This document shows, piece after piece, positions 44,595 through 52,755 of a stretch of DNA of 64,000 nucleotides. Source of the DNA: Hyphomicrobiales bacterium. Lineage in GTDB: Bacteria; Pseudomonadota; Alphaproteobacteria; Rhizobiales; UBA4765. Under the pieces are notes generated by a model, which searched no databases, was not told the origin of the DNA, and saw only the letters and a program-made list of their open reading frames with translations. How positions within the stretch are numbered: the stretch's first letter is position 1; each line of letters begins with the position of its first letter. The position numbers were made by a program, and so were the translations under genes. The DNA lies in NCBI GenBank assembly GCA_965247525.1, contig OZ252015.1:1567485-1631484 (forward strand). Direction: 5' to 3'.

Positions 44595-47164
44595 TGGTTG
44601 CTGCACAACGAGAAACGCTTTCGCCGCAGGATCCTGTTGATCTGACAAATTGCGAACGCGAACCTATCCATCTTTTGGGTAAGATCCAGCCTGTCGGGTT
44701 TCTGGTTGCGGTGTCATCGGACTGGATTGTTCAGTTTGTGTCGCAAAACATCGCGGAGTTTGTCGGCAGCAGCGCCGATGCCATTTTGGGCCTGCCTTTG
44801 TCGCAACTGTTTTGCGAGGCTTCGCTTGTGAGGTTTCGCGCCTCCCTCCGCCTTCTTAACAATAACAATGATCTTGAGCGCATTTTCAATGTGCAGGTGA
44901 GCGCGGATGGGCCGGAATTCGACGTCACACTGACGCTCAACCAAGGCCGCGTTCTTATTGAATGTGAGCCATCAACGCCAGCTGATGTGGCAACGCGCGA
45001 TGCCTCGGTGCGCGTTATCATCAGCCGTTTAAATGCGGCACCCGATGTCAACACGCTATGCCATACGGCAGCGCGCATGGTCAAAATGATGACCGGGTTT
45101 GACCGCGTCATGATTTACAGATTTCTTCACGACGATTCAGGTGAAGTCGTTGCGGAAGCAAAGCAAGACACGTTGGAGAGTTTTCAGGACCTGCGCTATC
45201 CGGCGAGCGACATTCCAAAGCAGGCGCGAGAGCTTTACAAAAAAAACCTCATTCGTATTATTGCCGACGTCAATGGTCAAACGGTTCCTATCGTTCCGCA
45301 AAAAGACCCGCACGGGCAGATACTTGATCTTTCAACAAGCGTTCTGCGCTCGGTTTCACCCATCCATATCGAATATTTAAAAAACATGGGCGTTGGCGCA
45401 TCCATGTCAGTGTCAATTCTTCTCAATGGCGAGTTGTGGGGGCTTGTTGCCTGCCACCATATGACGGCGATCAAGCTTAATGTGCATCAGCGGGTCATGG
45501 CCGAACTTGTCGGGCAAATGCTGTCGCTGGCACTGGAAAGCCGCGAGCGGCGCGAGGATCTTGAAGATACTGAAAAAGCGCAAAAGTTTCATGAGCATAT
45601 TATGCGGACGGTGGCATCGTCACAAAACCCGCTGACATCATTGACGCAAGGCATTGAAGAAATGCGGGTGCTGTTAAAAGCTGATGGTGCCGCTCTTTAC
45701 ATTGATGGCGACCTGCAGCTTTTTGAAAAAACACCATCGCCGGATGAGTTTAAAGATCTTGTTCGGTTTCTGAACCGCACGGCTTCTGCAACTGTCTTTC
45801 ACACCTACCAGATTGAAAATATTTATGAACCTGGGCGGGATTTTACCTCGCGTGCCGCCGGGCTGCTGGCCATTCCAGTGTCGCGTCGGCCGCGTGATTA
45901 TCTTGTCTTCTTTCGCGAGGAGATTGCCAAATCCGTCAAATGGGCTGGAAATCCTGAAAAAGCGGTAACTTACGGGCCCAATGGCGCGCGCCTTACGCCT
46001 CGTAAAAGTTTCGAGACGTGGCAGCAAACGGTACAAGGCCAATCAGAGCCGTGGTCGCGCAATGAAATCAGGCTTGCCGAATCTTTGCGCCATACTTTGC
46101 TTGAAGTTGTTTTGAGGCAGACAGACTTTCTCGAAAAAGAAAGAAAAGCCGCGCAGGAAAAGCAAGAGCTTCTCATTGCTGAGTTGAACCACCGCGTTCG
46201 CAATATTTTGTCGCTTATTCGCGGATTGATCAGCCAGAGCCAAAATGAGCAAAAATCAACCGAAGATTTTGTCGACACGCTTGATGATCGTATTCGCGCA
46301 CTCGCGCGCGCGCATGACCAGATTACAAAACAAAACTGGTCGCCAGGCTCCGTGATCGAGTTGATTAATATGGAAACAGAAGCTTACCTTGGCGATAAGG
46401 CCGACAAGGTGCGAATAACGGGTGAAGACTTTTTGTTGCAGCCTGAGGCATTTTCAACATTGGCCTTGGTGATCCATGAGCTAACGACAAACTCGGCCAA
46501 ATATGGTGCCTTGTCGGATTTTTCCGGCATTGTTGAAATTTCTCTTTCGGGCGACGGCGACAATAATTTTATTTTGAATTGGAAAGAGCGAAACGGCCCT
46601 CCGGTAAAGCCGCCAACGCGCCGCGGCTTTGGCAGCACAATTATCGAGCGCTCGATTCCACATGGATTAAAAGGCGAAAGCGACATTCACTACGCGCTGG
46701 GTGGTGTTGAAGCTAAACTGCTTATTCCAGCAAAGCAGGTGGCAGAGCGTCAAAAGCCGATGGTAAAGGTTGCGAGCATAAAGCCAAAAGAAGTTTCAGC
46801 CAGTTTACGTCTCAGCGGCGAAGTGCTTCTTGTTGAAGACAATCTCATAATTGCTCTTGATACGGAAGCCATGGTTGAAACACTTGGGGCTGCAAAAGTT
46901 TATACGGCAAGCAATATCAAGGAAGCGAAGGATTTTATTGAACAGAAAAATTTAAGTTTTGCGTTTCTTGATATTAACCTTGGCGACACAACAAGTTTCT
47001 CAATTGCCGAAACGCTAATCAGCAAAAACGTGCCTTTTATCTTTACGTCAGGCTACGGAGATGACACGTCCATTCCTGAAAACCTGCGACATGTTCCGCG
47101 CGTCTCTAAACCTTTCGACATACACACGCTTCGCACTGGCATGAGCGCCACCAAAGCGCTTTAA
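44594..47164 (+). CDS. bphP: Bacteriophytochrome: PAS-GAF-PHY photosensory core + HWE histidine kinase + receiver
   Basis: GTG start. The biliverdin Cys is in LTNCEREPIHLLGKIQP. GAF motifs YRFLHDDSGEVVAE and SPIHIEYLKNMGV. The HWE kinase shows LNHRVRNILSLI and NWKERNGPPV...RGFGS. The C-terminal REC shows VLLVEDNLII. Confidence 0.9.
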   Translation: MVAAQRETLSPQDPVDLTNCEREPIHLLGKIQPVGFLVAVSSDWIVQFVSQNIAEFVGSSADAILGLPLSQLFCEASLVRFRASLRLLNNNNDLERIFNVQVSADGPEFDVTLTLNQGRVLIECEPSTPADVATRDASVRVIISRLNAAPDVNTLCHTAARMVKMMTGFDRVMIYRFLHDDSGEVVAEAKQDTLESFQDLRYPASDIPKQARELYKKNLIRIIADVNGQTVPIVPQKDPHGQILDLSTSVLRSVSPIHIEYLKNMGVGASMSVSILLNGELWGLVACHHMTAIKLNVHQRVMAELVGQMLSLALESRERREDLEDTEKAQKFHEHIMRTVASSQNPLTSLTQGIEEMRVLLKADGAALYIDGDLQLFEKTPSPDEFKDLVRFLNRTASATVFHTYQIENIYEPGRDFTSRAAGLLAIPVSRRPRDYLVFFREEIAKSVKWAGNPEKAVTYGPNGARLTPRKSFETWQQTVQGQSEPWSRNEIRLAESLRHTLLEVVLRQTDFLEKERKAAQEKQELLIAELNHRVRNILSLIRGLISQSQNEQKSTEDFVDTLDDRIRALARAHDQITKQNWSPGSVIELINMETEAYLGDKADKVRITGEDFLLQPEAFSTLALVIHELTTNSAKYGALSDFSGIVEISLSGDGDNNFILNWKERNGPPVKPPTRRGFGSTIIERSIPHGLKGESDIHYALGGVEAKLLIPAKQVAERQKPMVKVASIKPKEVSASLRLSGEVLLVEDNLIIALDTEAMVETLGAAKVYTASNIKEAKDFIEQKNLSFAFLDINLGDTTSFSIAETLISKNVPFIFTSGYGDDTSIPENLRHVPRVSKPFDIHTLRTGMSATKAL

Positions 47165-47168
47165 AAAA

Positions 47169-47188
47169 ACAGCTCCAAAAGGAGCTGT
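47169..47188. terminator. Bidirectional rho-independent terminator
   Basis: ACAGCTCC-AAAA-GGAGCTGT hairpin flanked by an A7 run and a short T run. It lies between convergent genes. Confidence 0.7.
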
Positions 47189-47196
47189 TTGAAGGG

Positions 47197-47274
47197 CTAA
47201 ATAACCTTGAAAAGATAAAGAAGAATAATAATCGGGATTGGCAGTCCTAAAAACCATAACAAAATACCGCGCAT
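47197..47274 (-). CDS. Small hydrophobic protein, 25 aa (not in the ORF track)
   Basis: MRGILLWFLGLPIPIIILLYLFKVI. AGGAGG lies 9 nt upstream of the ATG, and an EcfG-like promoter is upstream. Confidence 0.45.
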   Translation of the reverse strand: MRGILLWFLGLPIPIIILLYLFKVI

Positions 47275-47306
47275 ATGACTTTTCCTCCTGTTTAAGATGT
47301 ATTTTA

Positions 47307-47331
47307 AACTTTGGGACGGCATCTATGTTCC
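47307..47331 (-). promoter_or_regulatory. EcfG-type (general stress) promoter candidate GGAAC-N16-AGTT
   Basis: Minus strand: GGAAC at 47331..47327 and AGTT at 47310..47307. Confidence 0.4.
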
Positions 47332-47343
47332 AGCAAAGTTTTT

Positions 47344-48297
47344 TTATCCCGTTTTAAATTCTGTGTTAGGCCGCAACACTTTTAGAGATTTGGGCAAGAT
47401 TTTAAAATTTAGGATTTTTGGCAAATCTTGCATTTCGCCATCAATAATCATCTTTATTTGCCGCATTCTTTTGGTTTTGATTTTCAGCGTCAATGACTGG
47501 CCTTTAAGAACCTGTATGTCGCGGTTCGATTGCCAACGACCGAGAAGAATATCAACACCAAGGCGGAAAAAATCATAGGGCGACCGCGAGGTGCAGACAT
47601 AAACACCCAAAAGCCCTTCATCGAGACGATCGGCATAGGGAAGGTGTCCCTCCCCAAACAGATTGTTGGAAACTGAAATGGCAGGTGTTTCGCTTAGTAG
47701 CGTCCGACCATCAAGTTCAAGCTCGGCGCACAACCTTGGAGGATTGGAAAAAGCAAAAAGAGCGGCGCGAAAACTGGCATAAATTTTTTGAAGTTTGGAA
47801 TGATGTGCCATGGTTTTACGTTTTTTGACCAGTTTTGCATGGAGGCCAATGCTAAAATTCAAAATGAAAACCTGATCGTTGAGCATCGCTGTATCGATGG
47901 CTTTTATTGACCCTTTTGCCAGTGCCTCTGCAGCATTTTCCAGTTCTTGATTTAGTCCAAGACTGCGTGCAAAAAGATTCATTGTGCCCCCTGGCAAAAC
48001 ACCAAGCGCCATTGATGAACCTACAAGCTTAGCGGCCGCTGATGAAATTGTACCGTCACCACCCGCAGCGACAAGAACATCATAATCCTGTTTAGAGGCC
48101 GCAATAAGAGCGTTATCCATGTCCTTTCCGCTAACAGTCTGACATGTTGTGGTGTGGCCGTGTGCTTCAAATCGCGACGCAATCCTTCGCGCAATATCAG
48201 CGCTGTCAGCTGTTTTGAGGCTGCCGCCATCGCAATTTAAAATGCAGTGAACGCGCATGAGATCAGATAGCTGAAAAACATCAATTGAGTCTGGCAA
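47344..48297 (-). CDS. Diacylglycerol kinase catalytic-domain lipid kinase (YegS/BmrU family)
   Basis: VLVAAGGDGTISSAA and LGVLPGGTMNLFARSLG. The listed start is TTG 48297. The alternative ATG 48258 (MRVHCILN) fits family N-termini better. Confidence 0.8.
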   Translation of the reverse strand: MPDSIDVFQLSDLMRVHCILNCDGGSLKTADSADIARRIASRFEAHGHTTTCQTVSGKDMDNALIAASKQDYDVLVAAGGDGTISSAAAKLVGSSMALGVLPGGTMNLFARSLGLNQELENAAEALAKGSIKAIDTAMLNDQVFILNFSIGLHAKLVKKRKTMAHHSKLQKIYASFRAALFAFSNPPRLCAELELDGRTLLSETPAISVSNNLFGEGHLPYADRLDEGLLGVYVCTSRSPYDFFRLGVDILLGRWQSNRDIQVLKGQSLTLKIKTKRMRQIKMIIDGEMQDLPKILNFKILPKSLKVLRPNTEFKTG

Positions 48298-48328
48298 AAA
48301 AATAAGGCCATGAAAAGACCCGATAAGT

Positions 48329-49792
48329 TTAAGCAGCCTGTAATTTTAAAATATTATGATCTGCTGTCCGGACAAAAGAATGTGCTTTTCGAAGATCTTC
48401 GACAAATCGCTTTTGTTGCTCTTCTTTTCCAACAGGCAGGCGCAGCAGATAAGAAGGGTGAACCGTCATCATCAATGGCGTTTCGTCTTCAAGTTTAAAA
48501 AAAGTGCCGCGGGTTTTTAAAACCTTTTGTGCTTTGCCAGTTATAGAAAGTGCCGCTGTAGCGCCAAGTGTTACAATAAGCTTAGGTTTGACGAAAGCGC
48601 GTTCTAAATTGACCCAGAAACGACAGGCATCGACCTCTGCTTTATTCGGTGAGCGATGAAGCCTTAACTTGCCTTTTGGCTCGTATTTGAAATGTTTTAC
48701 GGCATTGGTAATATAAACGGATTTACGATCAATCCCTGCTTCGCTCAAACAAATATTAAACAACTGCCCGGCAGGGCCGACAAAGTTTCGCCCTGCCAAA
48801 TCTTCCTTATCGCCTGGCTGTTCGCCGACAAAAAGAATGTCTGCATCAGGATTGCCTTCGCCAAAAATGGTTTGTGTCGCATGACAATAAAGATCGCAGC
48901 GTTGGCAATGTGCACTTTCAGCTTTTGCCGTTTGAAGCGATGAAATATCAACGCCTGATGCTATGTTTTTTTGCAAATGAGTTTTCCATTTATGAGATTT
49001 GGAAGAGGGTGTCGATGCTGGTGCATCCACCATTTCTTCCAAATGGCGCGAGGCCTGTTTGATAAGATCTGGAATAAGACGGGCTTCGGGTAAGTTGGCC
49101 CAATATTTTTTTGGCATCTCGCTTTGCATGGCCTTTATTTTCAAACGCGCTGGGTTGAATATATTGGCATAATAGGTTTGCCACAAAGCTTCGTTGTTAT
49201 CGCTGACATCAAATTGAGGTTTGGGCGCGCCCGCAGAAAAGGCAAGTTTTTTAAGATCCCAAGACATTGTGCAATAAGGCGTCATTATCATAAAGTTCAT
49301 TGTGCTGAAGCGCCGCATAAAAAATGGCGCTGTGCGTTCGACAATAAAATGCTCCGGTTCAAACCATGCGACATAAGTCTCATTTTTCTCAAAGGAAGAT
49401 ATTTGGTGAAAGCGCACAAATGCTTTCATCTTATGACTGTCGCGACGGACGCTTTTTGCAAAACGCTGAAGCATCAAAACATCTTTATCGGAAGCAATTT
49501 TCAAAAGGGTTCGCTCTGACTGTAGTCGCCATAAAAGACGATAAAGCAGGCCAAAGCGACGCGGGTCTGAATGACAAATGACAATTTGCGCAAGCTCAAG
49601 AAATTCGGCGGGAACAGACACTGGTCTCGTCTGCTCAATTAAAGAGCTGTTGATGTCGACAATAAAATCAGGGTTGGAATCTTCGGCTAGCCAGTGAACA
49701 AACGACGGATCAATACCTTGCTGGCACAAGTCACGTGCATGACTGCGCCATTCATCAAAGTCATTCATGCTTTTAAGCCGTATAACTGTCAT
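48329..49792 (-). CDS. DUF4130 (TIGR03915-like) domain fused to a UdgX-like family 4 uracil-DNA glycosylase domain
   Basis: The C-terminal half has CQRCDLY...IFGEGNPDADILFVGEQPGDKED and NAVKHFKYEPKGKLRLHRSPNKAEVDACRFW (KRRIH-like loop with His), then HPSYLLR. The start overlaps the radical SAM stop (ATGA). Confidence 0.75.
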   Translation of the reverse strand: MTVIRLKSMNDFDEWRSHARDLCQQGIDPSFVHWLAEDSNPDFIVDINSSLIEQTRPVSVPAEFLELAQIVICHSDPRRFGLLYRLLWRLQSERTLLKIASDKDVLMLQRFAKSVRRDSHKMKAFVRFHQISSFEKNETYVAWFEPEHFIVERTAPFFMRRFSTMNFMIMTPYCTMSWDLKKLAFSAGAPKPQFDVSDNNEALWQTYYANIFNPARLKIKAMQSEMPKKYWANLPEARLIPDLIKQASRHLEEMVDAPASTPSSKSHKWKTHLQKNIASGVDISSLQTAKAESAHCQRCDLYCHATQTIFGEGNPDADILFVGEQPGDKEDLAGRNFVGPAGQLFNICLSEAGIDRKSVYITNAVKHFKYEPKGKLRLHRSPNKAEVDACRFWVNLERAFVKPKLIVTLGATAALSITGKAQKVLKTRGTFFKLEDETPLMMTVHPSYLLRLPVGKEEQQKRFVEDLRKAHSFVRTADHNILKLQAA

Positions 49793-51027
49793 GCCAGCAG
49801 TTCCAGCTGCGCCGGCTTGGGTTTGAAACGGTCTACAAGATAAGGGTCATCAATCAACCCATGCGGCGACCAGTCATCCGTTTTGACGAATGGACGTATT
49901 TTTTTGAATGAAACGCAAAGGCGTGAAACGTCGTCGATACGAAGACGGCGGTGACGCCGCTGCTTAAGAAGCGCATTCACCGATTTTGCTCCAAGCCCGG
50001 GAATGCGCAGCAACATTTCACGCTCTGCCATATTCACGTCAACAGGAAAGAATGAGCGATTTTTTAAAGCCCATGACAATTTCGGGTCGATTTCAAGATC
50101 AAGCATGCCACTGCTGCCGGGCGGAGCAATTTCATCAACCGTAAAATTGTAAAAGCGTAGAAGCCAGTCTGCCTGATAGAGACGATGCTCCCGCATCAAA
50201 GGCGGCTTAATCAGGGGAAGTTTTAGCGATGCATCAGGTATCGGGCTGAAAGCCGAATAGTAAACGCGTTTCAAATTATAGCTGCTGTAAAGCCGTGTGC
50301 TGCCATGCAAAATATTTCGATCATTGCAGTTGTCCGCACCAATAATCAGCTGCGTGCTTTGACCCGCAGGAGCAAAAAGCTTTTTCTTTTTTGTTTGTAA
50401 CGAAGGCTCGCTGTTTTCATCAATTTTCAAACGCAGGCGCGCCATTGCCTTTCGAATTTCGTCAGGATTCTTTTCCGGTGCAAAATTTCGAACGCTTTGA
50501 TCAGTCGGTAACTCAACGTTTATCGAAAGCCTGTCTGCGTAAAGGCCAGCCTCTTCGATGAGGGCAGGCGACGCATCCGGAATTGTTTTCAAGTGGATGT
50601 AGCCACGGAACTGATGGGTCATCCGCAATTCACGCGCGATGCGAACCATGTCTTCCATCGTCTGATCAGGTGAGCGAATTATGCCCGATGACAGAAAAAG
50701 CCCTTCAATATAATTTCTTTTGTAGAAATCGAGTGTCAACTTCACAACTTCATCAACAGAAAATCTGGCGCGTTTAACATTGCTGGACGCCCTATTGATG
50801 CAATAAGCGCAATCAAAAATACAAAAATTCGTCATCAGAATTTTAAGCAGCGAGATACACCGCCCGTCAGGTGCATAGGAATGGCAAATGCCGTTTCCTT
50901 CGGTCGAGCCTAAACCTTGCTTGCCAAGCGAATTGCGTTTTGTCGTGCCACTGGAGGCGCAAGACGCATCATATTTTGCAGCATCAGAAAGTATTTCAAG
51001 CTTTTGTTGAATTGTGTGGCGAGTCAT
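49789..51027 (-). CDS. Putative DNA modification/repair radical SAM protein (TIGR03916-like)
   Basis: ATG 51027 (MTRHTIQQKLEILSDAAKYD). The radical SAM cluster motif is CIFDCAYC. It is paired with the UDG-family gene. Confidence 0.75.
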   Translation of the reverse strand: MTRHTIQQKLEILSDAAKYDASCASSGTTKRNSLGKQGLGSTEGNGICHSYAPDGRCISLLKILMTNFCIFDCAYCINRASSNVKRARFSVDEVVKLTLDFYKRNYIEGLFLSSGIIRSPDQTMEDMVRIARELRMTHQFRGYIHLKTIPDASPALIEEAGLYADRLSINVELPTDQSVRNFAPEKNPDEIRKAMARLRLKIDENSEPSLQTKKKKLFAPAGQSTQLIIGADNCNDRNILHGSTRLYSSYNLKRVYYSAFSPIPDASLKLPLIKPPLMREHRLYQADWLLRFYNFTVDEIAPPGSSGMLDLEIDPKLSWALKNRSFFPVDVNMAEREMLLRIPGLGAKSVNALLKQRRHRRLRIDDVSRLCVSFKKIRPFVKTDDWSPHGLIDDPYLVDRFKPKPAQLELLA

Positions 51028-51029
51028 TC

Positions 51030-51044
51030 GTTCACTATATGTTC
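51030..51044. promoter_or_regulatory. Alphaproteobacterial LexA (SOS) box GTTC-N7-GTTC
   Basis: GTTCACTATATGTTC was read directly, 3 nt upstream of the radical SAM start codon. Confidence 0.6.
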
Positions 51045-51063
51045 TTTTTTTAAAAAGGCAACA

Positions 51064-51098
51064 AAAAGCCGCTCTGCGCAAATGCGAAAGCGGCTTTT
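51064..51098 (-). terminator. Rho-independent terminator after the DUF3309 gene
   Basis: 10-bp stem AAAAGCCGCT / AGCGGCTTTT flanked by A/T runs. Confidence 0.6.
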
Positions 51099-51107
51099 TA
51101 TTTTAAT

Positions 51108-51266
51108 TTAGATGCGGCCTGTAAGAACCAGAATTAGCAAAATCACAAGAAGCACACCAACAATGCCAGAAGGGCCGTAGCCCCAGCCACGTGCGTGCGG
51201 CCATGCAGGCACGGCGCCTACTAAAGCAAGAATAAGAATAATGATAAGAATGGTACCAAGTGTCAT
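51108..51266 (-). CDS. DUF3309 family small membrane protein, 52 aa (not in the ORF track)
   Basis: MTLGTILIIILILALVGAVPAWPHARGWGYGPSGIVGVLLVILLILVLTGRI. WP..R.WGYGPSG is characteristic of the family. Confidence 0.7.
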   Translation of the reverse strand: MTLGTILIIILILALVGAVPAWPHARGWGYGPSGIVGVLLVILLILVLTGRI

Positions 51267-51295
51267 GACTACATATCTCCAATTGTCAGTTACCC

Positions 51296-51320
51296 AACAT
51301 GCAGATGTAAATCTTGTTCC
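51296..51320 (-). promoter_or_regulatory. EcfG-type promoter candidate GGAAC-N16-TGTT
   Basis: Minus strand: GGAAC at 51320..51316 and TGTT at 51299..51296. Confidence 0.45.
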
Positions 51321-51346
51321 GATATGCGCAACGAGCTTATAAAAAA

Positions 51347-51368
51347 AGCGGGGTACAATGACCCCGCT
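51347..51368 (-). terminator. Rho-independent terminator after the DUF1328 gene
   Basis: AGCGGGGT-ACAATG-ACCCCGCT hairpin with an A7 run on the plus strand, which reads as a T run on the minus strand. Confidence 0.6.
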
Positions 51369-51388
51369 TTCACTCTAAATGTTTAAAA

Positions 51389-51559
51389 TCAGGCACGGCC
51401 GCGGCGCATCAAGCCAATGATCAGCGAGATGATCAAAAACGCGACGAAGATGTAGAACAGAAACTGGGCAATTCCTGCAGAAGCCCCGGCAATACCGCCG
51501 AAACCAAGAGCGCCAGCAATAAGAGCGATGACGAGAAAAACGACTGCGTAATATAACAT
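51389..51559 (-). CDS. DUF1328 family small membrane protein, 56 aa (not in the ORF track)
   Basis: [65 protein letters not shown]. Confidence 0.75.
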   Translation of the reverse strand: MLYYAVVFLVIALIAGALGFGGIAGASAGIAQFLFYIFVAFLIISLIIGLMRRGRA

Positions 51560-51586
51560 ATTGATCTCCTTCTATGATGAGAAGAC

Positions 51587-51612
51587 AACGTCACCGCACT
51601 CTTGAAGGTTCC
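51587..51612 (-). promoter_or_regulatory. EcfG-type promoter, consensus GGAAC-N17-CGTT
   Basis: Minus strand: GGAAC at 51612..51608 and CGTT at 51590..51587, about 28 nt upstream of the DUF1328 ATG. Confidence 0.65.
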
Positions 51613-51618
51613 GAAAAC

Positions 51619-52413
51619 TTATGCTGCAAGTCTTGCATCTTGATCAAAAAACAGCGCCTGGCTTATTAATGCTTTTACCATGTCGGGGTTGAATGGTTTT
51701 GTCACCAAAAACGCGGGTTCAGGGCGTTCGCCCGTCAAAAGCCGTTCCGGAAAAGCGGTAATAAAAATAACTGGAATAGGTGCCATGCTCAAAATTTCAT
51801 TGACGGCCTCAACGCCTGAGCTTCCGTCAGCAAGCTGAATATCCGCCAAAACCATTTTCGGATTTTTGGCGTTGTACATTTCGACAGCTTCTTTGTGCGT
51901 GCGTGCCGTGCCGACAACATTGTGGCCAAGGCTTGTGACCATGTGCTCCAAGTCCATCGCAATCATCGGTTCGTCTTCAATGATCATGATGTCTGTGTGC
52001 ACTTGCTCGGAAATTTCTTTCGATGCTTTTTCAATCAGTTTAGAAAAAGCGTTAGCATCCACGCCCAAAATCTCAGCGGCTTGCTCTGTGTTAAAATCTT
52101 CGATCGTGACGAGAAGAAACGCCTGACGCGCGTCGGGTGTAATGGCGCGCAGGTTGGCAGCAGCATGTCTTTCCCATGCATACATTTGTTCAGGTTCTGG
52201 AATTTCCAAATTCAGCTTGTCAAAGAGCTGGGTGAACACTTTATAAAGTGCAACCTTGTCATCGCTCACTTTCGGAAAAAGTGAAATATCAGCCACGAGC
52301 GCTTCAAGCAAAGCGACAACGTAAGAATCGCCGCTGGACTGCGAACCGCTAATTGCGCGTGCATAGCGGCGAAGAAAAGGAAGATGAGGCGCGATACGAG
52401 ACGAAAGTGACAT
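51619..52413 (-). CDS. phyR: PhyR anti-anti-sigma response regulator (sigma-like N-terminus + receiver)
   Basis: N-terminal IAPHLPFLRRYARAISGSQSSGDSYV. The C-terminal receiver shows IMIIEDEPMIAMDL...VLADIQLADGSSG. It is divergent from nepR. Confidence 0.9.
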   Translation of the reverse strand: MSLSSRIAPHLPFLRRYARAISGSQSSGDSYVVALLEALVADISLFPKVSDDKVALYKVFTQLFDKLNLEIPEPEQMYAWERHAAANLRAITPDARQAFLLVTIEDFNTEQAAEILGVDANAFSKLIEKASKEISEQVHTDIMIIEDEPMIAMDLEHMVTSLGHNVVGTARTHKEAVEMYNAKNPKMVLADIQLADGSSGVEAVNEILSMAPIPVIFITAFPERLLTGERPEPAFLVTKPFNPDMVKALISQALFFDQDARLAA

Positions 52414-52488
52414 GTCAATTTCCCAATTTGTCGTGATAAATCTTCTTTAACTATAAAACCTTTATTCACGCAAATCGTATTTTCACGA

Positions 52489-52514
52489 GGAACGATATCG
52501 TATGCCGCGGCATT
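52489..52514 (+). promoter_or_regulatory. EcfG-type promoter candidate GGAAC-N17-CATT upstream of nepR
   Basis: GGAAC at 52489..52493 and CATT at 52511..52514. Confidence 0.45.
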
Positions 52515-52547
52515 GGTTGATTAAATACATTCGCGTGAAAGTTGAAA

Positions 52548-52727
52548 ATGGACCAAAGTCCTAACAAGTCCTGTCAAAACCCTAGAAGAGTAACAAGGCC
52601 TGATTTTGGCTCTAACACTCTGATAGGAGATGCTTTGCGCATAATGTATAATAGAGTTGTTGCAGAAGATGTGCCTGAGAGACTTACCGATCTTCTTCGC
52701 GAACTGGAAGACGCCGAAAGACATTGA
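52548..52727 (+). CDS. nepR: NepR anti-sigma factor
   Basis: IGDALRIMYNRVVAEDVPERLTDLLRELEDAE, small and divergent from phyR. ATG 52548 (the listed TTG is at 52542). Confidence 0.8.
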   Translation: MDQSPNKSCQNPRRVTRPDFGSNTLIGDALRIMYNRVVAEDVPERLTDLLRELEDAERH

Positions 52728-52755
52728 TATTTGATATTTATTTCTTCCTGCCTTT

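Noticed and set aside
44075-46686. Several 60-126 aa antisense or overlapping ORFs inside bphO and bphP.
   Set aside because: They are embedded in genes with unambiguous domain motifs and have no independent support.
52414-52488. An EcfG-type promoter for phyR itself.
   Set aside because: No GGAAC is present on the minus strand in the phyR upstream region. Only the nepR-directed candidate is present.
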